This document shows positions 43,455-57,839 of a stretch of DNA of 64,000 nt, piece by piece. Position numbers and translations under genes: made by a program. Under the pieces are notes generated by a model. That model was not told the origin of the DNA. It did not search any database and was given only the letters and a program-made list of their open reading frames with translations. The number at the start of each line of letters is the position of its first letter. Within the stretch, counting starts at the first letter, position 1. The DNA comes from Bigelowiella natans CCMP2755 (lineage: Eukaryota > Protista > Cercozoa), in the NCBI GenBank assembly GCA_000320545.1, contig ADNK01002373.1, positions 2,690 to 66,689 of the forward strand, given 5' to 3'.

Positions 43455-44533
43455 GTGTGTGTGTGAGTGTGTGTGTGTGGTTGCATTGTCTTGCCGAGTT
43501 GGATTTATATACTTTCGATATTCATTGGTACAGTCTTTGAAACATGCATATGTTTGACATAATTTCACTCAAGAATTGATTACTTACCCTGCTACTAGAG
43601 AGATACTTGTCAACATAAGTTGGCTCGAGCTGTCGATTGGTAATCGCTATCGTCGAAGTGATAATAATAATAATAATGAGAATTTTAAATGGAAAATACT
43701 AGAATCTTGAAGGAGAGGGTAACTAGCAAAATTCTGCTTCATGGAAATTTTAAGCGCGTCTTCTCTGTACAATATACATGTAAAAATATACATACGTTCT
43801 TTTTCGTATCTTACTCATACATTCATATGGTTTAAAAAAGGTGGTATACAACATATATTATGAGATATTATGAGCAGCAGCAAGCATTGTTTTCTAGTAC
43901 GTGGCAAGTAGTTAGTCTTGAAGTCATCAGATGCTATGACCCACGTCCCGCCTCCCCCGAGTTTCATGGCGGCTGCATTATTCAATGGTATATTCATCCA
44001 TGCATTACATGTTGATTTGATAATATATCGGTATTTTAAATAATTATTGTAATTGGAATTGACGTACGGTCTCGGGCAAGGAAGAACTGGCTTCCATAAT
44101 TCCATGCTCCCCCATCTTTAGCCACGATGATCGAAAATTCATTTAATGGGGCCTTTCGAAAGAAATTAAGAGTCGAAATCAGATAGATATCCGAAGAGTT
44201 GTTCGGGTTTTTGAGTGCAGACAAAAAGTAAATTATTTTTTTTATGTAAGGAAAAGACGTGAACTAACTCCAATTAAAAAGAACTAGCGAATTGCAACAA
44301 TATTGAGCAACATCAGCAACAACGACAGCAGTAGTAATTCATACCTCCATACACGATGGGTTGTATATTTCCACCAATTGGCGTGCCTCGTCAGCGTGGA
44401 CATACTTCGAGAAGAACAAGCGCTGTGCAGATGCTTGCTCGAGACATACCAAATTCCATGTTATTAGCAGAAGAGCGGCTCTAGCATAACTGAACGACGA
44501 GCGTGCAGCGGATCCAACTCCCCGCATCTTCAT
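36128..44533 (-). CDS. Secreted protein: signal peptide, lamin-tail (LTD)-like domain, unassigned middle, P/T linker, ~6-7 tenascin-type EGF repeats; many small exons
   Basis: Hydrophobic leader, then RLFFSKYVHADEARQLVEIYNPS, FNGNDALALLHNG and IIDTIG. Linker APTVSPTQAPTRNPTQSPT. EGF units include CSGRGACNFDTGVCTCDKGFLGRHC and CPNDCSGHGECDYVFRTCKCDEGWSLSDC. The middle exons are only partly resolved. Confidence 0.78.
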
Positions 44534-45104
44534 CTTAGATGAGCTTACACTCTAGTATGAACGAAGTACGATCCAATCTATGGAGCAATGTGCTATAAAA
44601 GAGAGTAAAGTCATGACCTAACCGGCTTTTCAAATTGTTCTCTCCATCTTGATATTTCTGCCTCACTGATTCTCTACCTTCTTTACCCCTCTTCTTATCT
44701 CCCTCTCCCATATCATTTGTTCTCTACTTCTCTCTCTTACGAACAAATTCTCTGCGCCCCCAACCCTACCGAACCCAACCAGTTATTTTCAAGATTCTGA
44801 ATCCCCGTACATTAGCAGTGAAGTATTTACGCAAATTCTATGACGCATGCTTAATATCCCTGTCATTTTTAGTATCAGTAGCATGTGGCAAGAAATCATG
44901 ATCGTTGCCATGAGATCGCTACATGACCAGAAAATACCAGCAGGAGATGGAAATGCCCTGTGTTTTGGTTGAATCTCTGTCATTGGAATTATTAACACAG
45001 AGGAGAGATAGACAAACAGACGACCTGCATTCTCCTTACGATGTTTTTACGATAAAAATTTTGACAAGAACATGAGAGGAACACATTTTTTTCCGTACTG
45101 CGAC
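44534..45104. promoter_or_regulatory. Divergent promoter region between the LTD-EGF gene (-) and the hypothetical gene (+)
   Basis: Head-to-head arrangement with a pyrimidine-rich tract. The call depends on the + gene being real. Confidence 0.4.
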
Positions 45105-47091
45105 ATGGAAACGACGACAATAGAATTGATTCGACGTTATCGAAAAAGGCAGGAGAATGGAGTTGACAGCATCTTATGTCGCGGTATCTCCTCGAGACAT
45201 ATCTCTTAACTGCAAAGTTCGTCCTTCACCCCTCCGAGAGAATGAACCAGTTTGTGAGCATTTAAAACCGAGTGCAGCAGTATTATCACTCGAACTACGT
45301 ATAGGGATAACAGACCGTGCGGTTGGTACTCTGGCCAAATTGAGGAGGCTCGCCTGAGGAAAAGTCATTCGAATCCTGGGACAAATAACCCTAGTTATTC
45401 ATGCGAGCGCGTACACCCCAAAAGTATGGCAATCAGGACAAGTTGTAGAATTAAGCCTTAGAAAAAACACATAGTCTTGATCAAGCTGCTGGCAACACTT
45501 AGACAATGACACAAAAAACTATCCTCCAACCTGCCGTTTCCTTGCATTCAATGCCTGTCCCTTCTAGAACTTTCGAACATAAATATGTACTGTGCGCTAG
45601 TCAATGTCGATCGCAATCCTAACGTCTGCTTTATTATTCCGCAGAAAGAAGCCTCTAGCAGGGATTACATTTGACTTTTCCTTCGATGCAAAACCAAAGA
45701 AACGGAAGTAAGGCGCTACGTGTAAATGTGCGTGCGTGCGTGCGTGTCTCTGTGGGGTGTTGATAGATATATGTGGAATATGTCCTCTCTATGTAAGATA
45801 CAGAGTGTGTCTACTAACTGTAAGATTCAGAATTTGATTACGCCCCTTGTACTAAATATCTCTAGGAATCAGTTGAAACGACAAAAGTCTAAGCGAAAAA
45901 AGGAAAAAATCCGCTACCCTAAGAAATCTGCGTCTCCCAAAATTTATCAATCTGGAATGGGGCCCATCGTCGAGCCAACGGGGATTGATTTTACAAATAC
46001 GATACAAGTTACCTCATGGAGAGTACGCACGGCGAAGATGATTTATGAGAAAGGGAGAAGGTGGGTTTTCAAACATTGACATACTATCATCCCAAAGTGT
46101 CCATAATGTGCGCACGTATTGTTTCCAGGTTTACACAGGAAGGAGATAGAATGAGGAAAACAATGCATAAGCCCGCATCACCAGTCTCTAACTCTAAACC
46201 GATAGGGTGGGTGATCAGACTATTATTTTCTTTCACTCATGACCGTATCACCTATATTCCAGCAAATAATCATGTTTTCCGCTGCTGTATGAGAGGCGCT
46301 GGTGCATGCGTGGAATTGTAGCTGCTCTCCCTCTTAAACCCACGATTTTCCCCTGTCCTTCCTCCTTCAGATTATCGTCTCCTGAATATAGGGATGGAGA
46401 TAAATCAAAAGACAACTCAAACACCAAACCTGATATTGATGCCGCTCCTTGCCAGCATTCAGTACCGTTCAGCAACGCTCCCTCTCCAACCAAGAAAAAG
46501 GGATTTTGTTTTAAGACTTTAAATGATAACCTTAATATAAAATCCTCCACGTTATTTGCGAATAAAAAAGGAGAATCCTCAAATAGAAGCAGGCTCGTTC
46601 TCAAAATGCCGAAGGCTCACAGTAGTATCTCACAGTCTGCGCGTCGACCGCATCAAAATACTTATTCGGTTGGAAAATCAAGAACCCCAAGAACCGCAAG
46701 GAAGGCTGGCAGTCCGACCTATCATGGGTCTCGAAGAGGTTCACGCAACAGGATGATGTTCAGGCACACTTTCCCGGTGGTGCGAGAAGCGCAACAAGCA
46801 TGGAAGATCCACGGTACAAAAGTGGCGCAATCTAACCGGGAAGAAATGTATATTCGTCGTCTCCAGAATCTGACGCTGCAGAAAAGTAATAATCTGCAGA
46901 AAATAGATAGAAAAATGTCGAGCTTTGATTATTCACCGAGGCGGTCTCATGGTCAGAAGGGTAAGAAAGCATGGGCAGCTATCGAAAAAGAAGACTTTCA
47001 AAGCTCTATTCAACATTTCGAAGAAACGGTTCTAAGAGCAGTGGTTAGAAGGAGGATAAAAATAAACGGTTCAAACACAGTGATAAGATAA
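45105..47091 (+). CDS. Hypothetical basic, low-complexity protein (multi-exon; boundaries uncertain)
   Basis: 261-aa ORF 46306-47091 plus upstream K/R-rich segments bounded by AG/GT (e.g. ~45866-46007). It lies divergent to the EGF gene. No recognisable domain. Confidence 0.45.
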
Positions 47092-47879
47092 TTATATGCC
47101 ACGTTCCACAGTGAGGGAGGCATTTTTTGAGAAAACGAATGATCTTTGCACTGCGCCGAGTAGTGTCTCAGGAGACAGATCACGATTTCGGCTGGTAGTT
47201 TTGAACAATGGTCATTCGATCGAGTGAGTGCGGGTGTGGACCTGCGATTCCCTCCTAGCTTTGCATGTCAGCGTGTATGCCATGCTAGCATGTACGCAGC
47301 ACGCTAGCACGTCTGACATGGATCACATGCAAGCATGCCCAGATGCAATAAAGAAGCACAAGTCTAAACGTCAACTATGCTAGCTACCGCGTGCGTGATT
47401 GCTGAACCTAGCTAGCTAGCTTTTATTAACTAGGTGTAAATGCACATGCGGGAGAGCACTACATGCCAGGCGAGAGCACAATTGTTGCTACGCACGCAGA
47501 GCATCTTGCACATCATTCATTGGCTGCCTCTGATCCTGTAAATGTCACATCGCCTGCGCTAGAACGTTGCGCTGGCATGCGGAGACGAACCACCCTACTA
47601 GCCTAGCACATGCTAGCATGTCACACTGAACATTACCTAGCTACCCGATGAACGACGGACACAATGTGCCAAACTTATCGACTAAATAAATGTACATGTA
47701 TGTGTTGAATGCATTTAGCATTTGCATACGACTAAAGGAATATTCACTATGCTCGAAATTCAAGATAGAGCTGTAACGAAATGGGAGATGACCAGGAACT
47801 GAAGTTCCGCCTGTCTAGCTGTCTAGCTGTGGGTGAGTGCACACTACTAGAATTAGAAATGCCGTCCTCGTTAGTCTTG

Positions 47880-50800
47880 CTAGTGGTTCGGATCCAAGCT
47901 CCTTTTATGCTCCAAATGCTGCGGATGCTGCGGCGATATCTGCTGCGATTGTAGCTGCATGGGCTTATTTCGTTTTTTGTCACGTCTAATTTTGGGTCGG
48001 TTTGTGTTAGGATCGTCATGTTTTTTGGGATAAAACTTTTGTGTCTTTGTAAGCGTGGCCTTGCGGGGTTTTTTAAACCCGCATACCAAACACTGCAGCA
48101 GATCCGCAGAGTTTTTTAGAGTACACATACTGCACTGCCATTCTTTGGTGTCATCGCTCATCTCATCGTCATCTTCGTTCTCGTCTTCACTTCCGAGTTC
48201 ACTTTCACTGTCACTATCTTCTACCTCCATCACCGACTTCTTGTTCGCCTGTGGTTTCGGTCTAGAGACAGTGGAAAGGTTTTTGCTAGAAACGACTGTA
48301 GCTGCTTTGGATAGCTGTTGTTTTGGGATACGGCGAATAGGCGGGCGTGGCTTGCCTTCATTTGCCAAGATGGTAAGGCACTTACCATCATCAGATTCTT
48401 CCGAAGAGTCGCTCAGGTCGCTTGAGTCATTTGAATAAGGCGAACTGGATTCTTTCCTTGATGTAGCCGCAGCAGTTGTAGTTTTCGAGGAATTCAAAGT
48501 GCCTTTCCTCTTTACTACTCCCAGATTATGCCGACCACCATTATGCAGAACTTTAGGCCTTTTGTTTGCGCTGTTTAAACCATTCGCCAGCTTGCCTGCA
48601 TTAGAGTTCGATCTCTTTACATATGGCTGCTTAATATCCCCGGCCTTCAACAACCCCTTCTTGTGACGATTTTGGGGATTGGAAGAATTAGCGCCAGTGT
48701 TTCCAGCACCTGAGTGATTTGCCCCTGAGGAAGAGTTCTTGAGAGATTTAGAACCAGCAATGCTCCGTTTGTCATGTTGCTTGCGATTACTGGTTCCCTG
48801 GCCACTTTTAGTGCCAATCCCACCGGAAACCTTCGATCCGATGAAGCTGGGTCTTTTGTCGCGCCGTTTCTGAGCATCCAATGAACCCATAGTCTTCTTC
48901 TTCGAAGTAACCATTGAACCTGCTGAAACCTCACCTTCGATAGGTTTCCTTTTCTTTTCTTTTCTTTTTCCTAGCAACGAAGAAGAGGAATCCTTTGTGT
49001 CTTCTTTATCCCGCTTACGTTTCTTGGATTTTACGGGAAGGCCTGATGACTCTCTGTTGCGCTGGTCATTCTTCCTAGACTTAATATTTTTCTTTTCTAT
49101 ACTGGATGCAGCATAGCGGTTATTCTCAGAAGACAAAGCTGTATCAGTTCGGCTTCCCTTGGCCTTCTCCCCTCCACCTCTAACCTTCCCAGCCTTAATC
49201 ATAGATCCTTTGTTCTTATCTGATTTTACTTTGTCGCTACTTGAGCTCCCTTTGATCTTATCAGCTCTGCTGCGGTCAGTTTTAATTTTGCTCTTATCGG
49301 TCTTAATTCTCTCGCCTTTTAGCCTCTCAGCTGCCTTCCCCTTAACCCCATCTATCTTTCTCTTCTTCGCGTCAAAACTGCTAAGGCTGCCGCCTTCCGT
49401 ACGCTTTCTAGGTTCGTCACGCTGCTGTTTTCTGCTGGGCCCAGATGTCTTATCGCCCAAATTGGGTTTCTTGATAGTGGCCTTCATGCCGGAAAGACTT
49501 ACTCGTTTCTCGCCAGACACTGATCGTTTAATTGAGACCGACGTTGACTTTTCGGAGGAAGGACGACGCTCCCGTTCCCGCTCACCGTCAACAACATTAG
49601 AATTGCTAACATTATTTTTTTTGGTAATCCCCTTTTTTGCTGACAATGATTTCTCAGAGGTAGACGGAGGGCGACGCTCCCGCTTACTGACGATGGCGCC
49701 AGGAGAAGTGCTATCATTATTCCTCTTCGTACCGCTTTTTTTAGACGATTTCGTTTTATTACTATCGACACCAGTCGTAGCTGCAGATAATGAGAGTTTT
49801 CTTTTACCAACACTAACTGCACTCTCGCTACCACCACTATTTTTATCTCCGTTGTCCTTTATCTTTACTCCTTTATTTTTCGAGAACTTCTCACCGTTGT
49901 TAGATCCGCCCATACCCTTCTTCTTTTTCTTTTTTTTCTTTTTTTTCGGCTTTTTCTCGTGTTTAACATGACGTTCTCGGTCGCCTTCTACACTATCTTC
50001 TACCTTTGGGATATTATTTTTCTTTGATATTGACTTCTCGGCTGAGGTAGGGTGTTTCTCGGAGTGCTTGACCTTCAACTTGCCCGAACTTTCTCTTGAG
50101 GTTTTTTTTTTCAATGATGAGGCCTCCTTTGTTTGTGAGTGTGATTGGACACCGGTCTTCGATACCGCCTCTCCAATCTTGGTTTCGGAAGCACTTTGAC
50201 TTCTTCTTAAGTTACCAGTTACACGGTGCTTTTGGGTAATTTTAGCGGACCTAGAATTTTCATTAGCAAGATGTGGAGTCGTCTTCTTGTTTTTTTCCTC
50301 TTGCGATTTTTTCGTCTCAGATTTGGAAGCTAGGTTTTTTTGTACAGCTTTAGGATCGGGATCAATCTTCTCCTTTTTGGCTACATACTTAGGAATCTCT
50401 GTTGTTATGTTGGAAGGATGTTTCTCTCCTTCATTTTCTCGGTGCCCTTCCAGCGCTATTTTCCCCACTCCACATGGACTTCTACGCGAAGATACTTGTT
50501 GCTTCTTTTGTTTTTCCTCGGACTTCTTTGTTAAAACACTATCTCCTGCATGTTTTAAGTTTTTCAGTAAGGCAGTGTCTCTTCTCTCCCCTTCCTCAGA
50601 TTTGCTAGATATAGAATCGCCCGACCTCTTTTTTTTGGTAGGGATCTCTTTTTCAACAACCAAAGGGATTGCTGTAGGTATCCCAATCCCAGCCTTTTCT
50701 AAAACAGGTTTTGCCTTGGGTGCGTCTTCCACAGAAATTTTGGCAGATTTCTTCATGTCTGATGAAATGCTAGGCGAGTCTTTCTCGACTTTTGTTTCTG

Positions 50801-53109
50801 CATTAGGCGCTTCTTGATCCTGCCTCTCGAATACTTCCTTCTCTCCCGCCTTCGGCACGTGTGCTGCTATTTCTTTTGGATTATTCCTTCCTTTATCCTT
50901 CTGCTTCATGGGTGATGGGCCGTTGCTAACAGCGTCTTTCTTAACTCCAAGGGTTTTGTTTATTGTGTTAATGCCATCACTTGTGTTTGGAGGATTTACA
51001 GGTGAGGCAGTTTTATCTTCAGCTGATGGAGCATTTGCTTTTAATGGAGGTGTAACAGTAAAAGAACTTTCTTCACATTTTAAAGACGAGTGCATTACTC
51101 CATTCCTAACAGCAGTGACATTGACAGTACTTTTCTTCGACTTTGAACCTACAAACTGAGATTTCGACTTCATTTTTGTGGTCACCTTTGCTGATGCATT
51201 GACAATTGTTGAGGTCGATTTCTTCTCCTTTACAGCTGCGGAAGATTGCAACGGTTCCGTCTTCACAGAAGCTGTCGATGCTCCTCCTGGACCATCCTTG
51301 TCATCCTTATTAGTCTTAGTTAAATTCTTTACTCCCGCGCCCTCCCCACTGCTCCCTGCGATGTCCTCCATTACTTTCCCGGTTTTCCTACTTCGCTTCT
51401 TACCACTTCGAGGGGTAGACTTCGCAGTCTCTAACTTTTGAGCTGAACTGGCATGATTGGACATTATGTCCACAGTAGACAAATTTTGTTGGCCATTGGA
51501 TGTTTCTTTCCCACGCCCAACTAATCGGGAGCTTCCCGAGATTCGAGCTTGAGTTTCACTTAGTATCATCGCCTCCATTTGCTTCTGACGCAATTTGATT
51601 ATGTCTGTGGCAGTGTCAGCTTTGCCTTGGAGAGCCTTTCTCCGCTTTCTAGCACCACACACGACACATTTAACAGACTCTGCCTTATTCTCTAGTGTAC
51701 ATTGGGAGCAAGTCCAAGTCCCTGCGTCCGTACGGCTGCCCTCTTTTGGTTTTGGATACTCCTCATACTTAAACCTCTTCTTGTGGCTTTTCTTTGCACG
51801 TGTTGAGCCAGGTGTGTCGCCATTCTTGGTAACCTCCCTGTGCCGCGTACGTTTCCTTGAATTTGGAGTAGAATCATCGGATCTGCGCTTGTGAGACGAG
51901 CTACTACCATTGGCAATTGCTTTCTTCTTTTTTGAATCTCTATGCCGTAAAATGCTTTTCAGCTGCTTCCAATCGCTGCATATAATTCGCAGATTCTGGC
52001 CATGCAAATTCTTATGATTAGCATTTGCGCCGCGACTAATAAATAAATTAAGGATCTCGAAATTTCCTTTTCTACTTGCGATGAAGATGGGCGTATCACC
52101 ATCTTTATTAACTTGCTCGACATCTGCTTGTGCTTTAAGCAGCACTTTTACAACTGAGGTTTTGCCAAAATAAGTAGCGACTGAGAGCGGACAAAATTTG
52201 TCTACGTCTGTTATCCTTGTGTCTGCCCCAGCGTCAACTAGCTTCTGAGCTATTGCTGCATGGCCATACCTCGCCGCACACATTAATGCCGTCCACTTGT
52301 GCACCTGAATGCAATTTTTAATTAGAGAAGAAAAATGTTTAATTCTTTGAATTCGAGCTTTACCCGACACTGAAAATCAAGGTCTGCACGGGCGTTTATC
52401 AACTCTTGTACAGCATTGGCTTCTCCGTAGTAAGCCCCTATCATTAGAGGAGAATGCCCTTCCTGTTCACGAAAAAATTACATATCATCCGACTATCGGG
52501 AGACTGGGAAATGCCCTTCCTGACCTTGCTTAGAGCTCTATGTCGAGCGCCAGCATCAATAAGCATTTTTACAACTTCTAGCTTGCCATATCTTACAGCG
52601 AACATAAGTGGCGTCCATCCGTGTTCCTAATCAATTGAGTAACATCTTAGGAAAATGAAGATATTGCTGTTCATTCACGAAGAGGAACCTTATCCTTGCA
52701 CTCAAGATCCGCTTTCTCGCGTATAAGAAGGTCTGCAACTTCTGTGAGACCTCTCCGCGCAGCATGTATTATCGGTGTCCATCCCTTAGGTATTAGGTTC
52801 ATGGAATATAACAATCTTTTAAAAGTTGTTCCAAGCGATGTTCTTCCACAAAGACGAAGTACGCATTAAAGTATGACAATATTTAAAATGAAATAAATCG
52901 AATGTTGCAGCATTTGTAATGAAGAAAGAGAAAGCAAGTGAAACAAGTTATACCTTGCTTTCCAAATTGACAGGGCAGCCCAGTTGCAGTAGTTGTCGAA
53001 GCTTCTCTACATTCCCTTCCAAAGCGCACTTAAAGAATTTTTTCCTCAACTGTCTTCTTGTAACCTTTGGCTGTGAAGGGGGTTCGTGGACCCCCCGAGA
53101 ATCACCCAT
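47880..53109 (-). CDS. Large protein with N-terminal ankyrin repeats, two RanBP2/NZF zinc fingers and a long K/S-rich disordered region
   Basis: Ankyrin exons GWTPIIHAARRG, GWTPLMFAVRYG, GHSPLMIGAYYG, WTALMCAARYG and GDTPIFIASRKG. Zinc fingers WTCSQCTLENKAESVKCVVCG and WQCSMCTLKNSADLLQCLVCG. The final exon is 52304-47880. An alternative upstream ATG lies at 53205. Confidence 0.9.
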
Positions 53110-53205
53110 CTTAATGTGCAGCGAAATTCGGGGTTTGGTCGGGGGGGGGCAAAGTATTTTCAGACTTGGTAATTCCAGTCCACATACCTTCAAGTCACAG
53201 TCCAT

Positions 53206-54203
53206 TTGTCCTAAAATACAGTATAAATAAGAAAAGCGACGACAATAGAATGTTGTCTTTATTCTAGAATAAGTGCTTTCATCATTGTCTTCTTGACTTT
53301 TCAAAGATTACCAACTGCCTTATTCTTCGGCCTATCGGATGCCTTCTATTATATACAATCGTCATACAAAAAAATATGACGTAATCAAGTTTTTAACTAC
53401 ATTTAGTTGAAAGAGCTAATTTGTAGAGTTAAAAGTGAAGTTCGTTCGCCCAGGTATAACGAGGGTAGACCGCTTTCAACACTTTACAGGGGGTTTCTAC
53501 TCAATATTCTCTGTTTTTGGTTTCCGCTCTGACATAAAAAGCATCTATTTTAGGAAGGAACTTCAAGTTCATGTGCACTCCGTCTGAAAAAATGTATCAG
53601 AGTGATCCAAGCAGCAATCGCTATTTGAAGACCCGCGAAATATCCAAGTAATCAAAACTTCTTGGTGAACACGGGAAAATAAGCATGTATCTTTTTAAGA
53701 TGCACGAATCAAACACATTCTTTTCTAGACTGAAGTTTGGATATGATCGATCTCAATTTGCCTCTCTTGTGGTCTCTTTTCCCGTTAAATTCTTGTTTTC
53801 AAGGGCTTATATTTGGTTTTCTTCAGGTTTCTCGCAACAGATAGATCTAGGCGTAAAAGGCTTCGCAAATTCTCGGTGATTTCTCGGAGATAATTCAAAT
53901 CACAGCTTGCCAGTACGAGGGAAACGTATTAGGTAATCTATTGACTACGACAAGACAAATACTCACGCATATGGACTTTTTAAGTGTCGACTCGATTTTG
54001 GATAACGTGCCTCCCTTTACAAATGTGAGACAATTTCATTCACTTGACGTTCCTTAAACGACAGGGTATGACGTGGTATGTCTGAACGATCACAAAGCTG
54101 CTTTGTCTGCCGTAAAATTAGTAAATTCTATGTCGTACATTTAAATTAGATCACAATTTTAGCACACTTGGAAAGTTGAAGTAGGAGGGAGGAGTCAAAC
54201 ACG
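53206..54203. promoter_or_regulatory. Divergent promoter region between ankyrin-NZF (-) and TMF1 (+)
   Basis: Head-to-head genes. Three TGACGT (CRE-like) hexamers near 53377, 54046 and 54069. Confidence 0.5.
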
Positions 54204-57200
54204 ATGTCCTCCTACTGGTCAGGCTCTGGGGCCACATGGGACCGCCTGAAGGTTGCTTTGGTTTAAACTAAGTTTATATGACACCTTTCAAATGTGCGAC
54301 TGTTGTTGTAATCGTATTAATATATAATTGTAACATGAAAATATGGTACCGGAAGTGCATGAGTCTTTAGTCCCGAAGCGCGTTTACTTAGCTTCCTTCG
54401 CTAATGTACTCGCTATCTTTTTCCATATACTATGATTTTTGCTTTTCAAAGTCCCTGGCCCAAGACACCGACTGGAAGAAGCTCCAGAATTATGCGCAAA
54501 CTGCGGTAAAGCATGTGGGGACTGGCATTGACCGAGCTATTGGTGTGCCAGGGGAGGTTCGTTTTGACTTAATTATCCACCCCTATGGTATTGAGAGGCT
54601 AATGGAAAACACATATCAGGCGAATGAAGGACTGACAGCGCAGCAGCAAACAGTTGGAAAGGTCTCTCTTGCGTCTAAATTGCAATACTATTTTTGAAAC
54701 ACACACATCCGCAGTTCATTCCCTTCATGATTCAATGGTTGCCACTGGTTTCCTCAGAAAGTGACACGAAAGCTAAATGTTAAACGACGGTCGAGCACAT
54801 CGTCATTAGAAGGAGGCAGAAGGTTGTTAGCAATATAAGCAATATATCCATCCAGCGTGTAGAAATTAGAATACTGCATCTAGTAAGTAGAAATTATAAT
54901 ACTGAAATCTCTCTCATCAGACACGGCAACAGCTCGCAAGTTCCTTCATCCTCGAATGAAGTGATGCCTACTGTAGCCCAGAAGACTAATGAATCGGAAA
55001 GACGACAGCAGCAGCCATTGAAGCAACAGAATCAACATGGAAAAACGCAGAGGCACGATTGGGGGGAGGATACCCGAGGTAATCAGGCAATGGAGATTGT
55101 CAACGATGATGCATTGAAGGAGGACGGGGAAGTAGAAACCAAATCTGCGAACTATCCTCATCAACATGGGGTGAGCATAAACAAGGGTAGAGGAATTCAC
55201 AAAGGTGAATCGGGAGAAAGGGTCAAGCATCAAAACGTTCCGTCCGACAAAGAGAATCGAGGAAATCCCCCTCCTACTGGAACTGGTGTTGGCATGGTTG
55301 ATGTTTCTCTGGATGGAGAAGGGGACGAGGAACAGTGTGATCAAAACGCGCACGGAAAGAAGAAAAGACCAGATGGTAGGGAAAGAGGGGACAACGAGGA
55401 AGAAGAAAAGGAAGAGGAGAGGGATGGGAAAGAAGAGATGCCGCAGTTGCATCCAAAGGGTGGCAGCGTAAATGATTCAGAAACCAAAGATGATAAAGAA
55501 ATAGCAGGCTCTTCCTCTAGTAGCAGCACAGTCACCACAAAAAAAAATGCTCCTGACGAGAAGAGTGAAGGAAACAACCGTGCCGGAAGCTCGACAGATA
55601 ACCATAAAGCTAATCATCACCCCCAACAGCAGCAGGGGCATTCTGAACTGAGCAAACATATAAGTAAAAACCATGACACAGCGTGGGGGGAGGAAGTAGC
55701 GAATAATACCCAGCAGGAAGTATTACCGACTCATGCACACAATCATCTCAACAATCATAATCAACCAATTGAGGCAGCACCAGCACCAGCAGCAACAACA
55801 TTTGTACCTTCTATATCTGGCAAGGAGGAAGAGGAAGGGGACAGCATAGAGGTTCATGGTAGGAAATTGCCAGCTGAAAGAAAAGGATGCTCCTCATCCT
55901 TACCCAACTCCCTTGACGACGACAAAAACGGTGAAGGAGTAAAAGAAAAATACTCCGTTAGCACCACCACCACCACTACCACCACCATTAAGACTGATAA
56001 TGAAGATGGAGCTGATTCGAATGGGGCACACATAATAAGCGATGATGGAAACGACGTTAAGGCACCAAAGGAGGCGACTAAGCAGAAGGGGGCAGGAGGT
56101 CCAATAGGAGAAGGAGGAGGAGGAGAAGACCAAGATAATGAAGAAGGCCAGCACCCTGTTAGTGGCAGTAGTAGTAGCAACAATGATAGCAATGCAGCAG
56201 CTGTTATCGATCCTATCACGCTTGAAATTCTATCTCAAGCAAAGGAGGAATATGAGAAACTCGAGAGCTATACAAATCAGGTAGGTAGTAGTAGAAACAC
56301 AGCAAACAACACAGTCAAGATTCGAGAATTAAGGAATAACCATATCGTGAAACTAACTCACCCACTCAATACTACAAGTAAATCGCAGCTGCTCAATGTG
56401 ACCACCACCTCTGTTTTGCCGTTATCCTTTATTCAATCCAGATAGAGGAGCAGAACAAAGCTCTTCGGAAGTCTTTGGAAAAGGCGAAGAGTGTTGAGGG
56501 CACATTGGCGGCACGAGAACAGCAGATCGAGTCACTGAGTCGAGAAAACGCGCGCGTCTCCGAAGAGAATGGGTCGTTGAAGGACCTACTCGGAGGTGCA
56601 GAAGACCGAAACAAGACTTTGCTAGGAAAGATTTCCATCCTAACGTCCAAACTCTCAGAGATAACCAAAGTAGTAGCTACGAGTCCTTGTCCTTGAATGT
56701 TCAATATGACGATAAACTTTTCCCATACAATGATAATTACTTATCGCCCAAACATTATAACAATATAAGTTTGCATGTTGTTAGTTGCTCCTCCATCTCC
56801 TCCTCCTCCTTCTCCTCTTACTCTTCCATACCGTTACTTCTTCTTATGCTTCTACTACCGTTATATCTCTAATAATAATTCTTTCTCTTTGCTAATTACC
56901 TATTACTACCACAGCTGAAGCAGCAGCTGAAGGACAAGGACAAGGCCTTGGAGCGGTCGCAACGGGCTCTTGGTGCAAAGGAAAAAGATGTAAAGTTGGC
57001 CATCATGGAGGGCCAGAAGATGTCGAAGAAACAGCACGGAAAGGATGTATTGATTCGGTCGCTCAGAAAGGAGCTCGAGGCACAGCAGCATAAAATAGAG
57101 AAGCAGGGCCGTGAACTAGATGCTAAGATCAGCGATGCAAATAATGCACAGAATCGAGCCAAGGCTGCAAGTTCTGAGGGTGCGTATAGTAGTATTAGTG

Positions 57201-57359
57201 GTAGTGGTAGTAGTAGTAGTAGTAGTAGCAGTAGTAGCAGTAATGATAGACGAGCGGTCTCGAGCCAGCAACGTAGCCTACCCATCGTGATGATGTGTGT
57301 TTAGTTGATTTCGTAATAAGCCTCTCTTCTTTCTCTACGTCCTTCGACGGCGGTGAATA

Positions 57360-57390
<31 letters not shown>

Positions 57391-57418
57391 TGATTACTGA
57401 GATCCCCTTTTCCTGCTA

Positions 57419-57453
<35 letters not shown>

Positions 57454-57804
57454 TACTGTCCGACCAAACAACTCTTATACCACTTAACCTCCTTTCTTAG
57501 CTGAGGAAACGACGAGTAAGCTATCTTTATTGACGAAGAAAAACTTAGTTATAAGTGACCGGCTGCTGGAGGCAGAGAGTCAGGCACATAAATACCAACA
57601 GCTTGCGACAGAACATGCAAAGATTATCAAAACGCTCAGGTTGCAGCAAAGAGGACAAGACTCAAAAATCAAGAAGATTTTTGCTAGCCTTAACGAGAGA
57701 AAAAAGGTGCTTAAAGTTAGTTGGGTGGGATAGGAGACGGATGAAGAAATCAAGAAATCATGTTGGATGTTGAGCTCGCTCTTATGTTCTTCGGATGCTA
57801 AGTT

Positions 57805-57839
<35 letters not shown>

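Noticed and set aside
57734-57752. GAGACGGATG match to the retroelement terminus in a TMF1 intron
   Set aside because: Only 10 bp exact and no TSD, so plausibly chance.
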